A DNA stretch of 64,000 nucleotides from assembly GCF_036365525.1 (NCBI RefSeq), contig NC_090399.1, positions 26,608,529 to 26,672,528 of the forward strand, given 5' to 3'. The number at the start of each line of letters is the position of its first letter. Position 1 is the first letter of the stretch. This document shows positions 37,346-50,004 of this stretch, piece by piece. The DNA is from Heterodontus francisci. Taxonomy: Eukaryota. A program made the position numbers and the translations under genes. The notes under the pieces are model-generated. The model made no database searches and was not told where the DNA came from. It saw only the letters and a program-made list of their open reading frames with translations.

Positions 37346-37959
37346 GTAACCAGAAATCCCCGGTACAAGTATGAATGCACAAGCTTACTGCATGACTGAG
37401 ACAAGAAGCAACGTGTTTCACTTTCAGTAAGTTTCTGACTGGGCTGGATCAGTCTTGTTTCTGTATGTAGAATAAGTCGTAGATTGATTCTACCTCTGAA
37501 ACACTACAACCGAATAAATTCACCTGTGACGTTTATTTAATCCAATCCCTGAACAATCAGCCTCTCTTTCCCCTACTAGCAATCTGATACAATGCAAAAG
37601 ATGCACTCTTCTGAATAAAAGAGCTGGTTATATCTGGAATCAGTTGGCTACAGACTCCCGCACGACAGAGTTAACATGGTATTAAGTTATATATGTTTCA
37701 AAGTAGTTAGGTACATAATGTTAACACAAGTAAGAAGAATTTTAAATTTTACTGATACTATTACACAGATGGTACTGTTTCAGTTGTACATTATGCACCT
37801 TACCCGATTTTGGCGATTTCAGAGTATGCCCACATTGGGTCGTTAGCGTTATACTGGCTTAAAATAATCGTATTATGTAACCAAATGTTGCACTATGAGC
37901 TACATTCATAGGATACGAAAACTGCTAGACCTAGAGTTGGCTTTAGGCAGTTGAGACCA

Positions 37960-38310
37960 TGGCACTAATTGACAAGGGACCACAGAGGAGGGAACAGCAA
38001 ACAGTAGAAATACAATTGTGACAGGAAATTCCATCGCTGGGAGAACAGACGGTCATTTCTGTAACGGTCATCGCACGGTGTATCGCCTCCCTAGTGCCAG
38101 GGTAAAGGACATCATGAAGAGGAGGCAGAATATTCAAGAAGCAGAAGGGAGTGAGTCAGAAGTTGTGGCACATGTCAGTATCAACGACCTGGAGAGGCCA
38201 GGTATTGACGGTCTATTTTCAGCTTTTCAGGAGCAAGGAAGAAATTTAAATGAGTAGAACCACGAAGGTAGTAGTCTCTGGCTAACTCCCAGTGTTGCAC
38301 ACATTGTTGG
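37960..38310 (+). mobile_element. CR1 ORF1 SGNH-esterase fragment
   Basis: TGNSIAGRTDGHFC...LPSARVKDI...EVVAHVSINDL. Confidence 0.8.
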
Positions 38311-38744
38311 AACTGGTGGTGGAGAATGAGAGGTTAAAGTTAATGGGCCCCTGGAAACAGATTAGGAGGAGGGGATGCCATAGAATTGCGACGAGAGGTC
38401 ATAGGTGGAGGGCCCATCGCCTTCCCGTCGCTCCACAACTTAGTCTGTGGCGGGATTGGCCTATTATTCGCTACTTAAGGGCCTATTCCTTCCACGGTGG
38501 GGCGGTTGGCCTCCACCACGCGAGGAGGCGGCCCAATAAAACGAAATGGCATCCCTGCGGGCTTGAGGGGGTGGCGTTGCATTCTATAGCCATGAAGCCC
38601 CCCCCTCCACCACCCGCCAGCAAACAAGCCACCTCCTGCATTAACCACAAATCCCCCCCCCCCGCACCCTACAAAACTCAACGCCCACCCTCAATCCCCA
38701 CATCACCAGAGACTGTGACAGGGAACTTAAGCAAACACCAGGGA

Positions 38745-39640
38745 ATCACAGAATTGTTACAGTGCAGAAGAAGGCCGTTCGACCCATCGACTCTGTACCA
38801 GCTCTAAAAATGAGCAAATTACCTATTGCCATTTGCCTGCTTTCTCCCTGTAACCCTTCACATTTTTCCTTTTCAGATAACATTCTAATGCCTTTTGAAT
38901 GCTTCAATTTAACTTGCCTCCACCACATTCTCAGGCAGTGCATTCCAGACCATAATCACTCGTTGCATGAAAAACAAATTCCTCTTGTTGCTTTTGTTTT
39001 TTTGATCAATTGTTTTAAATCTATGCCCTCTCGTTTTCGATCCTTTCACGAGTGGAAACCGTTTCTTACTACCTTTTCTGTTCAGAGCCCTCATGATTTT
39101 GAATACCTCAATAAAATCTCCTCAGCCTTCGTTTCTCCAGGGAAAACAGTCCTAAACTTTTTCAATCTAGCTTTATAACTGAAGTTCGTCACACCTGGAA
39201 CCATTCTCGTGCATCTTTTCTATTTTCTCTCTATGATCTTTCTACCAAAATGAATCACATCACCTTTATCTTCATTGAACTTCATCTGCCACTTGTCTGT
39301 CCATTTCACCAACTAGTCGATGTCCTTTTGAAGTTCTACACTAGCCCCATCACAGTTCACAATACTTCCAGTTTCGTATGCCCCGCTAACTTTGAAATTG
39401 TGCCCAGTATACCAGAGTCTATATCATTAATATATAGATGAGGAAGAACAAGGGTCTCAACATTGGCTCCTGGGGAACTCCACTTCAAACCATCCTCTAG
39501 CACGAAGAACATACATTAACTACTACTCTTCGTTTCTTGTCACTCAGCCAATTTCGTATCCATGTTGCTACTGTCCAGTTTTTCATGATCTATAATATTG
39601 CTCACAAGTCTGTTATGTGGCAGTGCACCAAACTCCTTTT
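38745..39640 (-). mobile_element. CR1 LINE 3' fragment
   Basis: FPLVKGSKTRGHRFK...FFMQRVIMVWNALPE. Confidence 0.8.
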
Positions 39641-39754
39641 GGCGTTTCAGAACATTATTTTTTGAAAATGTCAGCTATATGAAAATAATACAGAAGCAAA
39701 AACTCGTTTCGTCTCATATATGCTAAATGAACAATATTCAATGTTTTGTTGCAG

Positions 39755-39790
39755 AACTAAAAACATTGAAAAGTCTTCTATTTGATGACG
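39755..39790 (+). CDS. 36-nt micro-exon (class A), ELKTLKSLLFDD
   Basis: atgttttgttgcag|AACTAAAAACATTGAAAAGTCTTCTATTTGATGACG|gtcaga; open in phase 1, TAA and TGA in phase 0; donor is moderate. Confidence 0.7.
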
Positions 39791-40578
39791 GTCAGAACAA
39801 CATTATGCTATGCATATTCGTTTAAGAGCATTATCTGCGGGGAATATGATAAATTGGTGAAACAAATATATTTTATATATTTATGTTTATGCAACAATTA
39901 ATGCGTTTCAATATTCAGTGCAATAGAAGGTTTACATGGATGCATCTAGGTTTTATTTTGGTATTACCGTAGTTTGTTGCATGCAGCATGGACCAGGCAG
40001 TTGAAGCAATCAATTTTGTTTCGGTTTCTGTGAATCAGTTAGGCCAGAGTCTTGATGAACCTACGTTTTCTTAAATGGGGAAATGCTAGATTATACTTTC
40101 CTCGATATATATTCTTCGTTTTTAATTTGAAACAAACCATATTCTATAGCAAGGAAGATCTATATTCCAGCCCTGCAGCGGCGTTTTCAACTGTCAAGTT
40201 GTTTTGTGTTGGTTGTTGGACCAAGCTGCACTGAAAGCCCTCGTTGACGTCCACTGAGCCATCCCAGCATTCGCAAACTGATTCTTGGTCAGTGCCATCA
40301 TAAACTAGACCAGCAGACTTAAATACCTTATTTAGGAGCTGATCCGCAGCTCATGGTCATTTTCAAAATAAACAAAATAACATTTTGGAAAATGTAAATC
40401 AAATTGAGGCAATTAAATGCTTTAGTGCAGTTTTGGCTTTGATTGCATTTTGAAAATTTTGAATCTGGAAATCGGGAAATTGCACTGTGGCTGATGCCTC
40501 ACTTCACACGTTGGCATCAGATTTCGACTGTCAAAATTTTAATATACCTGTTAGTCTCTTTAAAATAACTGGATAAAT

Positions 40579-42810
40579 CTTCTTTGGCCTCCTTATCTCG
40601 AGAGACAATGGGAAAGCGCCTGGACGTGGTCAGTGGTGTGTGGAGCAGCGCCTGGAGTGGCCATAAAGGCCATTTCTAGAGTGACCGGCTCTTCCACAGG
40701 TGCTGCAGATAAAATTGGTTGTCGGGGCTGTTACACAGTTGGCTCTCCCCTTGCGCTTCTGTCGTTTTTCCTGCCAACTGCTAAGTCTCTTCGACTTGCC
40801 TCACTTTAGCTCCGCCTTTATGGCTGCCCGCCAGCTCTGGCGAACGCTGACAACTGACTCCCACGACTTGTGATCAATGTCACAGGACTTCATGTCGCGT
40901 TTGCAGATGTCTTTAAAGCGGAGACATGGACGGCCGGCGGGTCTGATACCAGTGGCGAGCTCGCTGTACAATGTGTCCTTGGGGATCCTGCCATCTTCCA
41001 TGTGGCTCACATGGCCAAGCCATCTCAAGCGCCGCTGACTCAGTAGGGTGTATAAGCTGGGGATGTTGGCCACCTCGAGGATTCTGCGTTGGAGATACGG
41101 TCCTGCCACCTGATGCCAAGGATTCTCTGGAGGCAGCAAACGTGGAATGAATTGAGACATCGCTCTTGGCTGGCATACGTTGCCCAGGCCTCGCTGCCAA
41201 AGAGCAAGATACTGAGGACACAGGCTTGATACACTCGGACTTTTGTGTTCCGTGTCAGTGCCCCATTTTCCCATGCTCTCTTGGCCATTCTGGACATAGC
41301 AGTGGAAGCCTTTCCCATGTGCTTGTTGATTTCTGCATCTAGAGATAGGTTACTGGTGATAGTTGAGTCAAGGTATGTGAACTCTTGAACCACTTCCAGA
41401 GCGTGGTCGCCAATATTGATGGATGGAGCATTTCTGATGTCCTATCCCATGATGTTCGTTTTCTTGAGGCTGATGGTTAGGCCAAGTTCGTTGCAGGCAG
41501 CCGCAGACCTGTCGATGAGACTCTGCAGACACTTTTCAGTGTGAGATGTTAAAGCAGCATCGTCAGCAAAGAGGAGTTCCCTGATGAGTGCTTTCCGTAC
41601 TTTGGACTTCGCTCTTAGACGGGCAAGGTTGAACAACCTGCCCCCTGATCTTGTGTGGAGGAAAATTCCTTCTTCTGAAGACTTGAACACATGTGAGAGC
41701 AGCAGGGAGAAAAAAATCCCAAGAAGTGTGGGTGCAAGAACACAGCCCTGTTTCACGCCACTCAGGATAGGAAATGGGTCTGATGAGTTGCCGCGATGTT
41801 GAATTGTGCCTTTCATATTGTCATGGAATGAGGTGATGATACTTAGTAGCTTTGGTGGACATCCAATCTTTTCTAGTAGTCTGAAGAGACCATGTCTCTT
41901 GACGAGGTCAAAGGCTTTGGGGAGATCAAAGCGATGTAGAGGGGCTCTGTTGTTCGCAGCATTTCTCCTGTATCTGACGAAGGGAGAACAGCATGTCAAC
42001 GGTCGATCTCTCAGCATGAAAGCCACTCTGCGCCTCAGGGTAGACGTGCTCGGCCAGCTTCTGGAGCCTGTTTAAAGCGACTCGAGCAAAGACTTTCCCC
42101 ACTATGCTGAGCAGGGAGATTCCACGTACGTTGTTGCAGTCACCGTGGTCACCTTTGTTTTTATAGAGGGTGATGATATTGGCATCGCGCATGTCCTGAG
42201 GTACTGCTCCCTCGTCCCAGCACAGGCAAAGCTGTTCATGTAGTGCTGAGAGTATAGCAGGCGTGGCACTCTTGATTATTTCAGGGGTAATGCCGTCCTT
42301 CCCAGGGGCTTTTCCGCTGGCTAGAGAATCACTGGCCCCACTTAGATCCGATTTGGTTGGCTGTACGTCCAGCTCATCCATGAATGGTAGAGGCTGGGCT
42401 GCATTGAGGGCAGTCTCCGTGACAACATTCTCCCTTGAGTACAGTTCTAGGTAGTGCTCAACCCAGCGGTCCATTTGCCTGCGTTGGTCAGTGATTATGT
42501 CCCCTGATTACGATTTGAGGGGGTAATCTTCTTGATGTTTGGCCCAAAAGCTCTCTTAATGCCATCATACATTCCTCTGATGTTTCTGGTGTCTGAGGCC
42601 AGCTGAATATGACAGCATAGATGTTGCCAGTAGCCATTTGCGCAGTGCCTGGCTGTTCTTTGTTCAGTGCTTCTGGCTGCTTTAAGTGCTACGGATGTTA
42701 ACTCACTGGGGGCTTTCTTGTAGTTCAACAGTGCAATGCGCTTAGCGGCTATGACAGGTTCCAGCTCTTCAATATGAGATTGAAACCAGTCTGCATTCCT
42801 CTTCGCACGA
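40579..42810 (-). mobile_element. RTE-clade LINE, 5'-truncated, frameshifted RT
   Basis: GKAPGKDGITPEIIK, RGISLLSIVGKVFARV, GVKQGCVLAPTL, RELLFADDAAL, TKVRVYQACVLSILLFGSEAW, RRLRWLGHV..MEDGRIPK..LYSEL: RTE/BovB-type signatures. Confidence 0.92.
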
Positions 42811-44237
42811 ATAAATCACTCCCCTAAAATTGAAATAGTATTCTGCAGTGTGCTTATCTTCTTTTCTTTTGCAGAAATTATTTTTTGGCATAACATTGTT
42901 GGGATCCTCTTATGGTTTGTGATATTAATCTTCTGGATTCGTTGTAGAGGAGGGATACTGGTTTAACGCAGAGGTTAAGATATTTTAGTTGCACAGGTAG
43001 GCCCAAAGAGTTGCGTCTCGAAACTTTAGAGAAGAGTACACCTGGGTGATATGAACTAGTTTTCTGAAATAGTGAAGAGACTAGAATATATTGATTTGGC
43101 GAAACATTTCATTCAAATAGGTCGGGATGGGCCAGAGATCATGTTTACAAGTTCAATACTATCAAAAATAAATTATATCTAAGGTAGAGAATAGTAGACC
43201 AGCGGAACAGACAAATGTTGGTTCGCTAAATTCCATCAAGTGCGAGCGAAAACTGTTCTAATATGGGGCGGTGATCTGCTCGAAAAGGTGTCACGTCTAT
43301 GATATCTCGTAATGTTAAGGTAATGTGATATCCTCGACCAATTTCGATCGCTTCAAGCATAATTTTCCAATTTATTTTCCCGTATTTGGCCTGTTTTTTC
43401 TTCCCAAAAAAACTTGTTCCCCTTTCCTCGGACATTATGTGGCTACCGTAGGAGGAGAATGCGTGTATTGTAATCCAAGAGCAGGACACTGGATGGACAG
43501 GTAGGTTTTTAACTGTCTTCAATTTTCATATAATGTTATATACTTTTATCTGTCTTAACAGAAGGAAACGACTATTATGTAAAATTGTGGAAATGTTAGT
43601 TCAGTTTAGACTGAATTCCCAATGCACAACTGAACGCGTATTCATTCATACAGCGACAAAAGTCGTACATGTTTTTTGGTTATCATCAACATGTCTTATG
43701 AGATGCAAAGTTTATTTTTACTCCATTGAAATTAGTTGATTTACCATTAAGGGAAAACGAATTTGTAAACAAATATTATTGCAAATGATTCGTTTGTTGA
43801 CACACTCAATGTCTCAAACAATCGTCATACAGGGAAATAAATAATACTACCTCGTTTATCCTCTGGATACAGAGTTCACCAATCGTTGTTCGATTTGTTC
43901 TCGCCTCTCCCTTTCTCCACAATTTATGAAAGAAAGTTTAAGATATTTGTCATTCTCCAGTCACGCAATGCCTTTGATGATTTATTATGGTGTGGCAAGA
44001 GTAATTACGAGCAAGTTCCCCAGAAATGATGTTCATCCTGGCAAAGCACCAGATGTCCAACTTGTTTATCATCTTGGCGGAATTTTACGGTCTTCACCAA
44101 AATGAACTTTTGCATTCTTTCTAGATATGATGCCAGATGCATCCTACGAATGATCAATTCTCTATCTTTTCTGCAGCAAAAATCGAAACGCTATTTGTAA
44201 GTCAAAAGAAAGAAAAAAACTTTAACCATAAAGAATC

Positions 44238-44525
44238 CTCCCACAACACCTACCAATCCCACGACCTCTGTCACTTAGAAGGACAAGGGCAGCGGATGAA
44301 TGGGAACAATGCCAGCTGCAATTTCCCCTCCAAGCCAAACATCAACTTGACTTGAACTATATCATCCTTTCTTCACTGTCGCTGCGTCAAAACCTGAAAC
44401 GTGATGACTGACAGCATTGTGGACATACCTACACAAGACAGATGGTAGCTGTTCAAGAAAGGGCTCACCACCGCCTTCCCATGCTTATCAAGGCCAATTA
44501 GCAATGTGCAACGCTCACGTCCTAC
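44238..44525 (+). mobile_element. 3' end of the second CR1-like family
   Basis: tagaaggacaagggcagcggatg...ttcccctccaagcca...gttcaagaaagggctcaccaccgcctt; homologous to 21900-21995 and 23870-24027. Confidence 0.75.
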
Positions 44526-44825
44526 ACATTATATGCACATATACAGATACACAAAAATCGGGTATGTTATGGAATAAATGAAATGACAGCTAGGTCAAAG
44601 GCTGATGGAGTAGTTATGGGAAATTTGAATTTTTTAAAGCAAAAAACAGTAATGAAAGCTAATGACCCAGATAAGCATTACACCATTGCGAATTTTGATG
44701 TGTGGCGATTGATTTTCCTTGCATCCAGCGAAATCAGTTGCATTCAGTTTTGGCAAAACAGTACTTTCGCTTGAAATTGTAATATAACAATAACCACAGC
44801 TGTTATTATGTTATTATTTGGTTAG

Positions 44826-44852
44826 ATAAGAAAGTAACTTGTGAGAAATATG
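44826..44852 (+). CDS. 27-nt micro-exon (class D), DKKVTCEKY
   Basis: ttattatttggttag|ATAAGAAAGTAACTTGTGAGAAATATG|gtgagc; paralog of 24495. Confidence 0.75.
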
Positions 44853-44985
44853 GTGAGCAACAAAATTCAGCTCCATTTACATCAGCAACTTACTGAAACT
44901 GTGCTCAAATTACTGAATCTGTTATAATGATTGTCAGTGGGAAATTTATAATTTCAAACACCACTATCTGTCTTTCATATTCTAG

Positions 44986-45017
44986 AACTAATCACCGAAC
45001 GCAAAGTCTTAAAATGA
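44986..45017 (+). CDS. Stop-carrying exon (class E), ELITERKVLK*; candidate alternative last coding exon
   Basis: tctgtctttcatattctag|AACTAATCACCGAACGCAAAGTCTTAAAATGA; 133-nt intron after the D exon. Confidence 0.55.
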
Positions 45018-45069
45018 CTTTTTCCGACACTGGAATAACAATAGAGTGTCATTAAATTCCTCTCGCCAT

Positions 45070-45326
45070 AAACAAAGGAGAGGAATGGGGGGGTGGATGG
45101 TGGAGCGAGCGTCTGGAGGTTGGGGGGGGCGGGGAGGAGCGGGCGGCAGCGGGTGGGGTGAAGCGAGGAACGAGCAACCTGAAGTGAGTGGGAGGGGTGG
45201 GGTAGAGTATTTCTGCGCATATGCTGGATGACAGTGTGCTGAGCATGCATCTCAGAGCGCAGCAGACCGTTCTCGCATGTGCGCAGTTTGCAGTGCTCTG
45301 ATGACGTCAGTGGGCCACTACGTTGT
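45070..45326. repeat. G-rich arm fragment related to the foldback family
   Basis: G-rich run followed by gcatgtgcgca...ctgatgacgtcag...cgttgtca, echoing motifs at 360-415, 24955-25000 and 25885-25920. Confidence 0.45.
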
Positions 45327-46780
45327 CATAGAGTCATACGATCATACAGCACAGACACAGGCCCTTCGGCCCATCGTGTCTGTGCCAGCCATCAATCAAT
45401 TACCGATACTAATCCCATTTTCCAGCACTTGGCTTGTAGCCTTGCATGCTATGGCGTTTCAAGTGCTCATCTAAATGCTTCTTAAATGTTGTGAGGGTTC
45501 CTGCCTTTACCACCTCTTCAGACAGTGCGTTCCAGATTCCAACCACACTCTGGGTAAATAAACATTTTCTCAAATGCCGTCTAAACCTCCTGCCCCTTAC
45601 CTTCAATGTATGTGCCTTGGTTATTGACCCCTTCGCCAAGGGAAAACGTCCCTTCCTATCTTATCTATCAATGCAACTCAGAATTTTGTATACCTCAATC
45701 ATGCCCCCCTCAGCCTTCTCTGCTCTAAGGAAAACAACCCTAGCCTATTCAGTCTCTCTTCAGAGCTGAACCGCTCCAGCCCTGGCAACATCCTGGTGAA
45801 TGCCCTCTTCAACCTCTGCAGTGCAATCACATCCTTCCTATATTGCGGTACCCAGAACTGTATATTGAACTCCAGTTGTGGCCTAACTAGCGTTTTTGTC
45901 AGCTCCATCATAACCACCCTGCTCTTCTATTCTATGCCTCGGCTAATACAGGCAAGTATCCCATATGCCTTCCTAACCAGTTTATCAAGCTGTGTTGCTG
46001 CCTTCAATAATCTATGGACAAGTACACCAAGGTCCCTCTGACCCTCTGTACTTTCTAGCGTCCTACCATCCATTGTATATTCCCTTGCCGTGTTAGTCCT
46101 CCCAAAATGCATCACTTCACACTTCTCAGGATTAAATTCCATTGACCACTGCTCCGCCCATCCGACCAGCCCATCTATATCATCCTGTAATCTAAAGCTT
46201 TCCTCTTCACTATTTACGAGACCACCAATTTTCATGTCATCTGCAGACTTACTGATCATACCTCCTATATCACGTCTAAATCATTAATGTACACGACAAA
46301 CAGCAAGGGTCCCAGCACCGATCCCTGTGGTGCACCACTGGCCACAAGCATCCACATGCAAAGACAATCCTCAATCATCACCCTCTGCCTCTTGCCACTA
46401 AGCCAATTTTAGACCCAATTTGCCAAATTGCTTTTGATCCCATGGGCTCTTACCTTCTTAACCAATCTCCCATGTCGGACCATATCAAAAGCCTTACTGG
46501 AATCCATGTCGGCTACATCAACTGCTTTCCACTCATCTACACATCTAGTCACCTACTCTAAAAATTCAATCAAGATAGTTATACACGATCTTCCCCTGAC
46601 AAAGTCATGCTGATTATCCCTGATTAATTCCTGCCTCTCCAAGTGGAGATTAATCCTGTCCCTCAGATTTCTTTTCCAGTAGTTTCCCAACCACTGATGT
46701 TAGACCCGCCGGCCTGTAATTACCTGGTTTATCCTTGCTACACTTCTTGAATAATGGCAGCATATTGGCTGCCCTCCAGG
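45327..46780 (-). mobile_element. CR1 LINE RT to 3' UTR
   Basis: SKSADDMKIGG, LVRPQLEFNIQFWVPQYRKD; same subfamily as 33832-35815. Confidence 0.92.
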
Positions 46781-48342
46781 CTCGAATGAGGTCAGGAACT
46801 GATTGGTCTTAGTGAAACCCAAACGGAGCGTCACTTTCAAGGGGAGATGCTTAGATTACCTCTTGTTTCAGATATTAATTGCCTGGCACTTGTGCGGCGT
46901 GAATGTTACTTGCCATTTATCAGCCCAAGCCTGGATATTGTCCAGGTCTTGTTCCATTTCTACATGGACTGCTTCAGTATCTGAGGAGTCATGAATGGTG
47001 CTGAACATTGTGCAATCATCAGCAACCATCCCCACTTCTGACTTTATGATTGAAAGAAGGTGATTGATGAAGCAGCTGAAGATGGTTGGGCCTAGGACAC
47101 TACCCTGAGGAACTTTTGCAGTGATGTCCTGGAGCTCATATGATTGACCTCCAACCACCAGAACCATCTTCCTTTGTGCTAGGTACGACTCCAAACAGCG
47201 GAGGGTTTTCCCTCAGATTCCTGTTGACTCCAGTTTTGCTCAGTTCCTTGATGCCATACTCTGTCAAATGCCTTGATGCCAAGGAAAGTCACTCTCACCT
47301 TATCTATGTACTTCAGCTTCTTTGTTTAAACCAAGGCTGTATTGAGGTCAGGAGTTGATTGGTCTTGGTGGAACCCAAACGGACCATCACTGAGCAGGTT
47401 ATGGCTAAGCAAGTACTTCTTGATAACACTGTCGACAACACCTTCCACCACGTTACTGATGATGGAGAGTAGGCTGATGAGGTGGTAATTGGTTGGATTT
47501 GTCCTGATTTTTCCGTACCGGACATACTTCTGCCATTTTCTACAATGTCGGATAGATGCTGTTGTTGTAGTAGTATTGGAACAGCCTGTCCAGGGGTGCG
47601 ACAAGTTCTAGAGCACAGGTCTTCAGCACTATTGCTGGAATGTTGTCACGGCCCATAGCCTTTGCAGTAACCAATGCCTTCAGTCTTTTCTTGATATCAA
47701 GCGGAGTGAATCGAATTGGCTGAAGACTGTCATCTGTGATGCTGGGTCGTCAGGAGGAGGCCGATATGGATCATCCACTGGGCACTTCTGGCTGAAGATT
47801 GTTGCAAATGCTTCAGCCTTGTCTTTTTTCACTGATGTTCCGTGCTTCCCCATCACTGAATATGGGAATATTTGTGCAGCCACCTCCTTCAGTTAATTGA
47901 TTAATTGTCTACCACCATTCAAGACTGGATGTGGTAGGAGTGCAGAGCTCAGATCTGATCCATTGGTTGTGGGATCACTTAGCTCTGTCTATCACATGCT
48001 GCTTATGCTATTTGGTACGCAGGTATTCCTATTTAGTTGCTTCAGCAGGTTGACATCTCATTTTGAGGTATGCCTGATGCTGTTTCTGGCATGCCCTCCT
48101 GCACTCTTCATTGAACCAGGGTTGATTCCCCACTAGATAGTAATGGTAGAGTCTGGTATATGTTGGGCCATGAGGTTACAGATTGTGGTTTTGGACAATT
48201 CTGTTGCTGCAGATGGGCTACAGTGCTTCGTGGATGCCCAGTTTTGCGTTGCGAGGTCTGTTCGAAATCTATCCCATTTAGCACGGTGGCAGTACCACAC
48301 AACACGATGGAGGGTATCTTCAATGTAAAGACGGGCCTTTGT
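46781..48342 (-). mobile_element. Second CR1-like family ORF2 fragment
   Basis: VPQGSVLGPTIFSCFIN...VADDCTMF, KDKAEAFATIFSQKC, LHRVVWYCHRAKWDRFRTDL. Confidence 0.88.
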
Positions 48343-48344
48343 CT

Positions 48345-48765
48345 CCACAAACAGCCACAGCTAATCAGAGCTTTATAAAGGTTCAGCATACGTTCCTATT
48401 TTTGTACACAGTGCCTCTATTTATGAATCCGAATATTCCATATGCTTCACCAGCCAGTCTCTCAATATGTCCTGCCACCTCCAAGGATAGCTGCACATGC
48501 ACTCACCAGTCCTTCTGTTCCTGCACACTCTTTACAACTGTGTCATTAAGTATATTTTGCTTCTCCCCATTCCTTCTACCAAAATGCATCACCTCACATT
48601 TGTCAGTATTAAATTCCATCTGCCAACTCTCTACCCATTCTGCTAATCTATCGATGCCCTGTTGCAGGCGATTCATATCATCCTCACTGTATGCCATACC
48701 TCCAAAACTGGTGTCATCTCCAAATTTTAAGCTTCTACTATGTATTTCAAGATCCAAGTCAGAAC
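48345..48765 (-). mobile_element. CR1 RT fragment
   Basis: LKFGDDTSFGG...WQMEFNTDKCEVMHFG. Confidence 0.85.
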
Positions 48766-48849
48766 AATGAAGTTAACAATCACACAATCATATACGAAGC
48801 AGGCATTGCAATATTCTCTGTAAATTCATTTGTACTTTGTGCTTTGCAG

Positions 48850-48876
48850 AGAAACAACTGAAAGAAAAAGAAGCAG
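48850..48876 (+). CDS. 27-nt micro-exon (class F), EKQLKEKEA
   Basis: tactttgtgctttgcag|AGAAACAACTGAAAGAAAAAGAAGCAG|gtaaac; open in phase 1, TGA in phase 0. Confidence 0.8.
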
Positions 48877-50004
48877 GTAAACCAGCATCCTTGGTACAGA
48901 TAAAAGTGTCCAGTCACTACTGGCCTGAGGGAGAGATCAAAGGCCTTCTCTTTCGGGGGCCCAGGCACTGATGCCTCAGGCTCTATTTTGCATGTCAAAT
49001 AAATAGAAAGATGCTCTGCCTAAAAACTCTGCTCGTGGTTCAATCCAAATCTTCAATAATCTACCAATGTTCCCGACACTCTCATTCTGCACATGTGGAG
49101 CAATTCTACTGCCCTGATGCCCGGATCTGGTTTCTCAAGATAATGAGTAGTTTTACCCTATCCCTCTTTGGAGGGAACATGGTTATTAAGAAATGTATGA
49201 CACATGACGATGCTTTAAAGCAAGCAGGCACATCAAGAGACCACGCATGGGCACTTTTTATCTTTTGTCCATAGTTTAAGTGTCAATGTCAGATTCTTCG
49301 CCTGATTTCCCCAGCCACTGATTTCAATATGAACGCAACTGGGGGGAGGTTTATAACAAAGAGCCTATCCGAAGTCATCTACTTGAATTATGGACAAAAG
49401 TTAAAATTTGTCAAACATCCCCAATTAATAGGATAACATTAACATAATACACTGCTAATTTGTAAACAGTATGTTCTAAATATAGAGAAATAAATTGATA
49501 ACAGTTAATTTAGTTCCAGTTTTATAGAAATAAAACAAGCATGAAAAAAACTTTCAATAAATTGAAAGCCCATGGAGCTGGATAACTGACCTAGCGATGG
49601 GAATTTGCTGAGGGTGGTAATTCACTGCATATATTAGAGGGATATCTGCTAAGGCACTGAGTTGTGCACAAGAGCTGGGTGAATCTGCTGAAAGAAGTAC
49701 CTTACACAATGAAGTGGAAAAGGGAGTTTTGTGAGAGTGGGACTTGGGCACATTGGGAGAAGGAGATACTGAACATTTTAAAAGAAGCGACAAGGTAAAG
49801 TGACGAAAATATTAATAAGGGTATGTAATTGGATCTGAGTGGTTAACATTAAAAATAACGAAGTACATGAATTCCATATTAAAAGGATCCCAATTTCATT
49901 ACATTAAAGTATTGCGTACATTGCTAATTGAAAATTAAATAGGAATAAGGGTATACTAAATTAAAATATATATGTAGCATAAGTAGAACGTGTTTAAGAA
50001 CAAT

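Noticed and set aside
44177-44196. ttttctgcag|CAAAAATCGAAACGCTATTT|gtaagt with good splice signals
   Set aside because: 20 nt, frame-shifting and not matching an exon class; could be a damaged 21-mer but is unsupported.
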